Source of the DNA: Hormiphora californensis
Taxonomy: Eukaryota; Animalia; Ctenophora
DNA: 64,000 nt
NCBI GenBank assembly: GCA_020137815.1
Contig: CM035353.1
Span: 7,440,001-7,504,000, forward strand
Direction of reading: 5' to 3'
The translations under genes were made by a program, and so were the position numbers. Position 1 is the first letter of the stretch; the number at the start of each line of letters is the position of its first letter. Under the pieces are notes generated by a model, which saw only the letters and a list, made by a program, of their open reading frames with translations, searched no databases and was not told the DNA's origin. Of this stretch, positions 30,823-41,857 are shown one piece after another.

Positions 30823-30930
30823 TTAATTTTAACGCGTGTTCAGAATTTTGTAACACTGATTTTTTTTAGTTTTGGAAAAGCTCACGGACACTGGATGCCC
30901 TAGATATTTTGTAGTGATATCGTCCCCGCT

Positions 30931-33900
30931 ATGTTGTTAGGTAGAACATTAACAATAAATTCCCGGCTTTTGTCTTGCCGATTGCTCAACACAACCACTT
31001 CTGGAGACTTTGGAGTAGGGTGGGCGAAAAACTTAGAAGATGTAAGTTTTCCTGCACGACCTCTCTGCCCAAACTATGAAACTCATGCCACAGGAAACAA
31101 GACAAGGACTGGCAAAGGATCCGTCACTTAAAGAGATCGTTAACTACTACTACAACAAGGCTGCCCCGCTATGCGAGGAACTGAGTGTGAGACAGGTCCG
31201 ACTGGGGTCATACGAACGTACGATGCAACTTATACGGGGAACCTTGGGAGTGGTTAAACCTTGTAATGACAATATTACTATATCGTTTGGTATCCGGAGA
31301 GAGAATGGAAGCATTGAGACCATCACTGGGTTCCGAAGTCAGCATTCCCATCACAGGACGCCTTGCAAGGGTGGAATCAGGTTCGTGATGTTCAGCAGTG
31401 TGTCAATCGGTCATCTTTCTGCTAACCATCTAACACATCCATCTATCTAGGTTTAACGAGAATATAGACCAGGAGACCATACAGGCACTGGCTAAAGTTA
31501 ACTCCTTCACGTCATCTCTGGTAGATGTCCCATTTGGCGGGGCTAAAGGAGGCATTCGAATCAATCCGTCAGAATACAGCACTCGTGAGCTGGAGAAGAT
31601 CACTCGAAGATTCACGGTAGAACTGGGCAAGAAAGGGTTTATTGGGCCTGGTATAGATGTGATGGGGCCGGATCTTGGTACTGGAGAACAAGAAATGAAC
31701 TGGATTGCAGATACCTACAGGAACACTCTTGGTAGTAAAGACCTCAACGCTTATGCGTGTGTTACCGGCAAATCACGACTAATGGGCGGCATTCATGGTC
31801 GGATATCGAGTGCTGGCAAGGGAATATTCCTAGTGACATCAGAGTTTCTGGACAATGCAGATATCATGAAGAGAGTTCAGTTGATACCTGGGATTTACAG
31901 GAAGAAGGTTATTGTTCAGGGTTTCGGTAACCTAGGTATGCATGCCTGCCGGTATTTTACAAGGGCAGGTGCACAAGTTGTGGGGATAGTGGAGAAGGAT
32001 TGTTCGATAGAGAACCCAGAGGGTATAGATCCTAAAGCTCTAGAGGATTGGGTTAGTGAGACTGGCAGTATCAGGGGGTTCCCTGGAGCTACTGAGACAG
32101 AGAAGAATCTACTGTTTGAACCATGTGATCTTCTTGTACCATGTGCTGTGGAAAAGGTAATTGGAAGATTAGATAATTGAATACGTAATAGCAAAATACA
32201 GCTACTGTTGGCCAGTTTCCCAATTACTTATCTGCATGTTACCCGACCACCCCTAATTATTATCCCTGCAGGTTATCAACTGCGATAACGTTGGTAAGAT
32301 CCAAGCCAAGATAGTAGTTGAGGGTGCTAACTGCACCATGACACCACTGGCATATGAAATGTTACTGAAGAGAGATGTCCTGGTTATCCCTGATATTCTA
32401 GTGAACTCTGGTAAGTACCACACAACATATGTTTTAGTGAACTCTGGTAACACTGCTATTTTTGTAAACTTAGAAACATTCTTTTTCACGGCACATATTT
32501 ATTTCCGGCAACTCATAATTCGTTTTTCTCGTACACTCACAGTTCCCAATGTCTCCCCTGAAACTGTATGCTGCTTTTTGATTTAGCAAGTATATTGTCG
32601 ACCCGAGCAATATACCACTAACACTCACTGAACTGTTCCTCTCAATGCTTGTTTGTACACTCCTATAACTGTTTAACAGTGCTTTTAACTATTTGTCGTG
32701 GCAATAGAGTGTAACACCTTGCATGCAGTATGATGGAAACACCAGGGAATGTGTAACTCACACTTATCAAGGATTGGGAAGATCAAGGATTCCTAATAAT
32801 GGAGTGATAGAAACATCAAATAATAACCTAACTAATCCCCCTACAACTAATAATCATCAAATAATAACCTAACTCCCCCGCAGGTAGTGTGTGTAGTTCC
32901 TACTTTGAGTGGCTCAAGAACATGAAACATGTCAGTTTTGGGAGACTAACCTTCAAGTACCAGAGAGAGGCAAATGAGCATCTGTTGAACAGTGTACAGA
33001 CAAGTATTGAGTCTATGTTTAATACTGACTGTACCATCCAACCTTCAGATGGTGAGTTTTTTATGTGCTCATAGCTCACATCAAATATCGTCCTGTTTCA
33101 CAATTCATTCACAATAACATTGTTCGTTCTGTCTTAATAAACTTTAAGTTTCTATCACTATCTTACTTTTTTTCTCACATTTACTATCCCTCTCTATCTC
33201 TCTGTCTCTCCCTCTGTCTCCGTGCTATAAAAGTCACGCCACCCTTGCGGCATGTCTACTTCCTCCTTATCCTTTGTTCGAGCGACATACACTGCTCAGG
33301 TTTCCTACCGCCACATTGACGCCATGAGTCTTAATTCAGTTTAATATTACGGGATAATTTAACTTTTATCGAACATTTAATTTCTCTAATATCCAGTCAT
33401 GTAATAGCGTCATAGTTGTGCGTGTTCCTGCTTTTATTCCGCTTTTCTTTCATCCTCCCCGCGCTAACATTCCTCTTTAAAACTTCTCTTTACTTCTCAT
33501 CTCACAGTTTCAAGTTTCATGTTAACTATCAGGTGTCATGTTTCTAACACCCTTCATTTCAGACTTTATTGCACGTATGTCTGGTGCTAGCGAGAAAGAC
33601 TTTGTTAAAAGTGGCCTTTCTTATACCGTTGAAGGTAAGGTTTCTCTCTCCCCCCCTCTCTCTCTCTCTCTCTCACCCCTCTCTCTTTCTATTGCTCTTT
33701 ATCTCTTTCTCTCCCTTTGGCTCTTCCAATGATCTCACACGACCGGTCCAATTACCACTGCAGAGGGGGAGGGGGTTGCTGTCACAACAATGGGAGAAAA
33801 TTATGACACCTTTGATAAGCAAGTGTCACTAACTATAGCTATGTTTCTGTGCATTAATCTAAATCAAACCCAGATAATATTCTATTTTCTACAATATTAT

Positions 33901-34491
33901 GTTGCCTCCCGTTTTTTGGGAGTCTGTAAGTTAAATACTTTCTGAGATACACCTTCAAAAATTCACGAAAAAGGAGGGGGTTGACTTGAAATTCTCTCAG
34001 CATCCATTTGAAGATGGGCCGGCCAGACAGAGTTGAGAGGGGGAATGCGCTCTCCCCTCTCTGGGCGCGTTAGTAAACAATACTTTGCTTTTTTACGATC
34101 GCATAGTGACCTTTTCTTTGACTTTAATTACAATCCTACTTCTCTCTCTCTCTCTCTCTCTTGTCTAGCTGTCTTTACCTCTAGCTCTCTCTGATCTCTC
34201 TCTTGTCTACCTCTCTCTGCTACCTCTCCCTGCAATTATAATTATCTTGGTGCACACCACTACCAGGATCACAGGCCATAGCAATCTACCTATGACATAA
34301 CTCCATCTCTTTACTGCCCTAATTCCACAGACCACATCTCTTATTAATTGTCCCACTCAGGCACAGTTCAAGATGTTCTGGGTATAGTAAAAAAGGAAGA
34401 TCTCGGTCTAGATATCCGGCAAGCGTGTTACTCCCTGGCTATGTCTAAAATCGTGAAAACATATGCTACCGCTGGCTATACATTCACTTAG
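30931..34491 (+). CDS. Divergent mitochondrial glutamate dehydrogenase paralog (GDH-A); exons 30931-31041, 31094-31380, 31451-32156, 32271-32410, 32884-33051, 33563-33634, 34361-34491
   Basis: [46 protein letters not shown]-terminal AGYTFT. Confidence 0.9.
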
Positions 34492-35036
34492 ACGGGGGAG
34501 ATAAAAATACTCTGTCTAGAGAGAGGGGACGGTACAACACGACTCACTAACTATATTAGTTTGTAAACCATGTTTAAATAAGCGCACGCGAAGTAAGTAT
34601 TTTTACTTTTTTTGATAAAAATTTAAATGAAGTTTTAAATGTTTTTTTTAATGTTTTTAGTGTCAGAGTGGTAACACAATTTTAAAAGGTTAAATTATTG
34701 TAAGAAAGTGTTCATTTAAATATCATGATTGTGTCTCACTGAAGTCTTTTTGTGTACCCTTCCGATGTGCCGTGCGGAATGTCAAGTCTGTCAACACGAT
34801 ATTGACCTCTTGTTGTTAATACACCTCAGTTTGCCCTCTAGTTGTAGCTTGTAAATACACTTCCTCAGTGTGTGTTGTATCTCAGTCCTTGCTGCTTCTT
34901 ACAGCAGCTCGATATTGCCTATTTTGACCTTTTTGAGTAGCCCCGCGTTATGAACCGTGATCGCGACTTTCGTAATTAAATTGCCCTACTTTTATCTCCA
35001 ACTGAACTAACCTAGTTTCTTCCCTGTTAGACCACC

Positions 35037-38000
35037 ATGTTATCCAAGGGTGTCGTGCTGAGAGCCGCTCTGAAGAGGGCCTCGACCATCAGGTGCCTGT
35101 CAGAGGGATGGAGAGGTGATGTTGAAGAGGTTAGCTTTCTCTTTGTGATTATTATCTTCTTATTTCTCTCTCTCCAGTTGTCCATCAACATCTCATGTTG
35201 ACTATTTGCCGCTCTTTACCACCCTCTTCACACAGCCTGACCTCATTAGTACTGTGTGTAGATCTCATTAGACCCCCTCTCTAATTGACAGGTAGGGTCA
35301 GTGTGTATGTAGGAAGTTCTCTAATTTCTCTGTCCCACACGTGACATCCGACCACTCAATATCATGCTGCTTCCCTCTCTCACTCTTGACTCTTCCCTTC
35401 TTTGTTTCTCTCTCTCTCTCTTCCCCTCATGCTGCTTCACTCTTCCCTTCTTTGTTTGCGTTGGTAATGTTCTCTGTTTCCCACCCAATGTTTCTCCAGC
35501 CCCTCACTAGCTCTAACCCCCCTGCCAGGTCAAGAAGGTGGCCCTGAGTTCTGATCCTCCCTTCTCTAAAATTGTTGATTACTACTTCAACAAGGCTGCA
35601 CCCTATGCAGAGGATGCCATCAACCAATCAGTCAAGGCCAAGATGGGCAAGGACATTAAGGAGCGACTAGTTTCTGTAAGTGTTTAGTGTTGTGTAGCTT
35701 CTAACTGTTTCCCCTTCTTTTTGTTCCCAGGATAAACCTTTCAATTTGCAGTGGGTGTTAACCACATATAATTAACCACATAATTAACCACATGATTTGT
35801 TAACCACATTATCTCTCTCTCCAGGGTGTACTATCCGACCTGAAACCTTGTAACTCTGTCCTATCCCTGTCCTTCCCCCTGCGTCGAGATAACGGCGAGA
35901 TAGTCACAATCCACGGGTATCGAGCCCAGCACAGTCAGCACAGGACACCCTGCAAAGGAGGTATTATATCACCAGTTGTAACCACCCCTCCCAACATAAC
36001 CTTCCCCAGTCAACTGGTTTTTATAAACCCCATCTCCCAGGTATGAGGTTCAGTGATGAGGTAGAAGAGGATGAGGTTAAGGCCCTTGCGAAACTCATGA
36101 CATACAAGTGTGCTGTCTGTGATGTCCCCTTCGGGGGAGCCAAGGCTGGAATCAAGATCAACCCCAGAGGTAGGACAGATGTCGCCTTACTCAGGGTGCA
36201 ACACTTGCCCCTACATTTTGTCCCAATTTTCCGTTACTGATATATATCTCATCTAACACCCAATATATATCTGCCCCAAATCTAACAATTAAAGAGAAAC
36301 AACGATTTTGCAGTACTAATATTCAATTAAGAACAGGAGCTTTCGACTGATCTATGTCAGACGTCTTCAGCTATAACAACAATGAAAATGAAAGTGTTTA
36401 TGTAGTGGAGAAGAGGATATGGGATCCGGGGAGGGGAGGAGAGAGGAAGGGATGAGATCCGAGAAGGAAGATGCGATCCGAGAGGAGGGGATGGGGGAGG
36501 TGATCCACGGGAAGGGAGAAGAGGTGATCCGAGCTGAAGAGAATTAGGAAACAGGTTTGGGAGATCTAGGTTTGATGAAGATGCCAGCAGGACGGGGTTT
36601 GAAGGAGTTAGCAATTCTGGGGAGAAGGTGAGTCCATTGGAGGTTGACAGTAGGAACTTTATCTGTGCGGTTAATCGCCGGTTGAAGAGTGTGAATAGCC
36701 GCTTGTTCCAGTAGATTTAGACTGAGGCAGGAGGAAGAAGAGGAGAGGATAGAGGTAGAATTCCAGTCCATGGTGTGTCCAGATTCCCGAGCGTGGATAG
36801 CAGGAGCAGATTTCATCTTCCCATCGGTGTTGTAAAGAGAGTTGTTGTAGAAGTTTGATTCGTGTTCCTTAATCCGGGTTTTCACTGGTCGCTTGGTCTG
36901 GCCAACGTAGAAAGATGGGCAGTCGCGGCAGGGAATGGAGTAGATGGAGTTGGGAGTACTATCAGAAGGAGGCGAAGATTTGGTCTGGGTGAGGATGTTC
37001 CGTAGGGTAGAAGAGGAAGAGAAGGTGACGTCTATGTTGTAGCGGTTGAGGGTCCGTTTGAGTCGCGAGGAGAGGTCCGGGTGATAGGGTAGGACTACAC
37101 GGTGGACGAAGGAAGAAGGAGGACGGGATTTTGACGGTTTGGGGTGTAGAAGGCGGTCCCGAACAGTAGACATCAGAGTGGAGATCTCGTAGGGAGGAAA
37201 TCCATTGCAGAGACAGATGTTGTAGACTGTGTCGAGTTCCTCTTCGAGATGTTGGGGAGAACAGATGTTGTAGGCTCGACGGGTTAAGGATTGGATAACA
37301 GAGCGGCGTGTAGAGGCAGGAGTAGAGGAGTTGTACTTGAGATAGAGGTTGGTATGTGTAGGTTTCCGGTAGACAGAGGTAGAGAGGTCGGGATGGAGAA
37401 GGACGTCGAGATAGGGGAGAAGTCCATCCTTAGGGTGCTCGATGGTGTACTTGAGATCTGGAGCAAGGGAGTTGATGTAGGAGAAGAAAGACTCGGCGTG
37501 ATCATAATCCCTGGCAGCTCCTATGGCGTCGTCAACGAAGTGGTTCCAAGATCCCAGTGGGTCGGAGAAGGACTTGAGAGCGTGTTGTTCTTGTTCCGTA
37601 ACACGAATCTCAGCCAGGATAACGGTGAGGGGAGAACCCATCGCTCCTCCGGTACGTTGAGCGTAGAAGTTTCCGTTGAACTCGAAGTAGGCGTTGTCGA
37701 GGCAGAAGTCCAAGAGAGAGCGGATAGTAGAGGGAGTGACACCCAATATATCTGTGCCCCTAATCAAACACCCAACTGTACCCAACATATATATCTGCCC
37801 CAAATCTAACACCCACTATATTATATGTGCCCCAAATCTAACACCCAACTCTCACAATATATCTGCCCCAAATCTAACACCCAACTCTCAGATTTCTCTG
37901 ACATGGAGCTGGAGAAGATCACGAGGAGGTTCACAGTTGAGCTAGCCAAGAAGGGTTTCCTAGGACCTGGTATTGATGTGCCTGCCCCTGACATGGGAAC

Positions 38001-41000
38001 TGGAGAGAGGGAGATGAGCTGGATGGCTGACACATACAAGAACACTATTGGAACCACTGATATCAACTCGCATGCTTGTGTTACTGGTAAGTTTGTGGAG
38101 TTATTAACCGTTGTGAGATATATCTGCCAATTACATCCCCAACTAATGATCCCCTGGCCCTTACTAATGTCTAATGATCCCTCTAGGTAAGCCCATCGTG
38201 ATGGGAGGAATCCACGGACGAACATCAGCAACTGGACGAGGTGTCTACCACTCCACCAAGATCTTCCTGGACGACCCCCAGTACATGGAGATGGTTGGAC
38301 TTGTGCCGGGTGTCTCCGGAAAAACTTGCATTCTCCAGGGTTTCGGTAATGTGGGACTCCATACAGCCCGGTATTTCCACCGGGCCGGTGCCAAGATCAT
38401 TGCGGTGATTGAGTGGGATGGTACCATCTACAACCCCTCCGGAATTGACCCCAAGGAACTTGAGGTAGATATATTTCGATACATTACCATGTGATCTGAT
38501 GTCCTTATCACACCATGTGTCACTAGGGGGGGGGGGGTCAAATTAGGTTACTAGCCGGGTAGTAACCTAATTTGACCCCTCTAGTGACCTATATAGCCTC
38601 AATAACCCGATTTGCCCTTACATTACCTTATCAGAAATTTCAGAACCCATCTGTTTTTTAACTTAATTTGCCGTTATAACGGCCCTCTAACCTCTTTACA
38701 TGCACACCCCTCTATCAGGCCCTACTATCATCTTACATCCCCACCAGTCACCTCCAATAACTATCAAACCCCCCTCACCTCCAGTACCCCCACTAATCAC
38801 CCCCCCCCTCCTAACCAGGACTGGAAACTAGAGCACGGTACAATCAAGGGATTCCCTGGTGCCACAGAGACCACCGAGGATCTCCTGGAGGGAGAGTGTG
38901 ATATCCTCCTTCCCTGCGCTAAGGAGAAGGTTATCACGGAGGAGAATGCAGACAGGATCAAGGCGAAGGTGATTGCAGAGGGAGCTAATGGACCTATCAC
39001 CCCCGCTGCTGATGAGATATTGATCAAGAAGAACATACTGGTGGTGCCTGATATCTACTGTAACTCTGGTGAGTTGAGAGGGCTAGGGAGGGGCGAGCTG
39101 GAATGCCCCGGTCTAGCGACTAGCGTAGTATTATAATTGAGGGCGACTAAAAGGGGTCGGTACTGAAATCCCTATCTAATAATCCTCCTACACAGGTGGT
39201 GTGACTGTGTCCTACTTTGAGTGGCTCAAGAACCTGAACCACGTCAGCTACGGAAGGTTGACATTCAAATATGAGTTCGATTCCAACAAGCACCTTCTCC
39301 AGTCTGTCCAGTCTTCTCTCGAGTCAAGGTTAGTGTTATAATAGTGTGATAATCACAATTTTCCTGACTCACACACAAAGATTAAGACAAGAGCTGATGT
39401 TAAATCTAAAATCAGTATCAAATCACTAAAAATAAACAGAACAAAATACTACATATCATAGTGTTCATTATATCACGTTTGATATGTACACTGTCTCTCT
39501 ATACAAGAATATATATTTGTTTAACTGTGATTAAAATCACCCATCTAAGCTCGGGCCATACCACCTTGAGGCGACAACTTGCATTGCTGAAAATGAGGAT
39601 GGTAAGAATATTGCTAAATTGTGTCAAACGCCATGGTAACCACCATAGTAACCACTAGTAACCTTGGAAAACCCCCCCCCCCCACCTGGTAACCACCCTA
39701 GTAACCATGGTAACCACTCTTACCTGGGTCTCCTGAATCATGGCACACCATCCGCAGCAGAATATCGAAAGGATATCACCAAAAAGACTACCCTGTAAAC
39801 GAGAGAGAGTGAGAGACGAGACGATGAGTAATTGGGGCCCAACGAATCAAGTCATTATCAGGCAGAGGCAGATCTGGCCCTAGGTAGAACTGGGAGAGAA
39901 CTTACCTCGATACCGTGTTGTTCCCTAATGGCGCCCCTCAGTTTGAACCAGCAGATAATATCTAGTAGAGGCACGAACAGGATCAAACCACCGACAAAAC
40001 AGGATGTGAGTCCTGCTGCCTCCATGTTCTTTCCAAAGGGAATACACGGGAGGAAGGTGACCATGAAACCTGGGAGGGGGAGGGGATAAAGTATTGCCCG
40101 GGTCCAGTGTGTAGCTTACTGTACTCTGAGGGTTCGGCCGAGTGTAGGTGCGTTATGTTATGGTCTAACCCTCCCTTTACATTTGTAAAGGGGCGCCCGA
40201 AACACAGTCTAGCCAGGCAATGTGTGTGTGGTCTACTTACAAGCTCCGAGGTCATTGAAGCAGCTGAAGAGTCCGTGTGCCCATTCACCCATAGTAAATT
40301 GATATAAGTAGCAAAGAGCTAGAAGGGGAGGACAAGACTAAGTTTATTAAAGTGGATTGAGGAAAATAAAACTTGTAGAATTCTAGATCTGAGAAACAGA
40401 ACTGAAAAGTATAGTATGAACGCAAACTGAAAACGAAAGGCTAGGAGAGGGAATGTGAGCAACGCGTGAGGACACCTAGAGAGGGAATGTTTTATTGATT
40501 TGTTGCTAGGTGACGAGGAAGCTGGAGCCCCCTATTGCATCATGATCACATTGTCATTAGATAATGTAGAGAGATGGAGAGAGAGAGAGAGTAGAGAGGA
40601 AGAGAGAGAGGCAATACTGTCCGAGACAAGGCTACCTGTTCTATGATATCACCATTCAGTAACCCGTAGTCCGTAGCAACGGTTCCAAAAAAATACGGTT
40701 CATACCAGTCCCCCACGTACGTTACGTTACCATACCTCTGACACGCTATCACACTCCCTCTAGCTAGCGCTACCACACTCACGACTCACGTAACACGTTG
40801 TTCTATTACAGTCCCTCTGTTCTGTACTCAGTATCCACCCTCCTTTCTCTTTCTCTCTAACCCTCTATTTCATGATTGTTAACCCTTCTGCTTCACCAGG
40901 TTCTCTGGTAAGATCCCAGTGACCCCTACCCCTGAGTTTGAGAGGGCCATGGGTGGTGCAAGTGAGAAGGATATTGTTAACAGTGGACTGGAATACACCA

Positions 41001-41285
41001 TGGAGCGATCTGGTAAGTAGGACATCCCCCATGATATATCTAGTCTGTTTACTGTTTATATATTTCACTAATCTCCCCCAGGCCCTCTGCATTTTACTAA
41101 CCCCCACCCCCTGCCCCAGGCCCTCTGAATTTTACTAACCCCCACCCCCTCCTCCCCCAGGCCGAAAGATCAAGGAGACAGCCCTTGCCCATGACCTTGG
41201 AGTTGACATTAGGACTGCTGCATTTGTCCTTGCTCTAACCAAGATTTCTAACAACATCATCATGGCTGGTTTCACTTTCACGTAA
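35037..41285 (+). CDS. GLUD1: Mitochondrial glutamate dehydrogenase (GDH-B), 10 exons
   Basis: Canonical [65 protein letters not shown]. Confidence 0.93.
36287..37738 (-). mobile_element. 5'-truncated Penelope-like retroelement (RT C-terminal half plus GIY-YIG endonuclease) in GDH-B intron 4
   Basis: [45 protein letters not shown]...RIKEH; inserted into a minisatellite. Confidence 0.93.
36332..36375 (-). ncRNA. Minimal type I hammerhead ribozyme in the Penelope 3' end
   Basis: Minus strand: UAUAG CUGAAGA C GUCUGA-CAUAGA-UCAGUC GAAA GC UC CUGU. Confidence 0.75.
37739..37891. repeat. Intronic minisatellite (ATATATCTGCCCCAAATCTAACACCCAA), also present at 36241-36286 on the other side of the Penelope element
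   Basis: 4-5 degenerate copies. Confidence 0.8.
38519..38588. repeat. 70-bp hairpin with poly-G (mini-MITE) in a GDH-B intron
   Basis: GTCACTAG(G)nTCAAATTAGGTTACT...AGTAACCTAATTTGACCCCTCTAGTGAC. Confidence 0.75.
39545..40292 (-). CDS. PLAC8/cornifelin-family Cys-rich protein, 108 aa, antisense in GDH-B intron 8 (exons 40292-40241, 40069-39906, 39792-39724, 39586-39545)
   Basis: [32 protein letters not shown]...[32 protein letters not shown]; exons total 327 nt in frame. Confidence 0.9.
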
Positions 41286-41857
41286 AGGGACAGAGATCTC
41301 TAGAGAGTGAGAGAAAAGATTAAAAAACTGAAAGAATCGAAGAGAAAGGGAATTGGTCGGATATGGCAAGCTTTAAAGTCCCTTTCTCAAATTGTGATTT
41401 TAGTATTCCAAAAGCCTTGTTTGTCGTCATATTGGCTAGGCTGCATCTGAATTCCCCTAATTTCTAGGAGGTATAACTGTATTGTGTTTTCTGAGGTATA
41501 ATAACTTATATATATATTGTGCGTATATTATTTTCTTCTGTACAGGATGCGTGCGATTAGTCAACCAATCGTTGTTTTATTCGACCCCCCTCTCCTCTGT
41601 GTGTGTGTGTGACTATCGAGAGAAATTAAGTGTCTGTATGTGTGGGGCGTTGCTATCTGCACATCTTTCATTCTCCAGAATTGAAGCTGAGAGACCAAGC
41701 GTGAAGCGTGTGTGTGTGCGAGGTTAAAGCGGTACGAGCAAAGAATGTAACCTTCCGGCCCCACATTGTTTTTCTTTACCACCCAGTTTCCTGTTTTCCC
41801 CCGCTAACTCCACCTACCTTCTGATAGTGCCAGTCACACACACAGAACACACACACA

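Noticed and set aside
37739-37812. N-terminus of the 422-aa Penelope ORF
   Set aside because: Read-through into the flanking minisatellite; the element is 5'-truncated.
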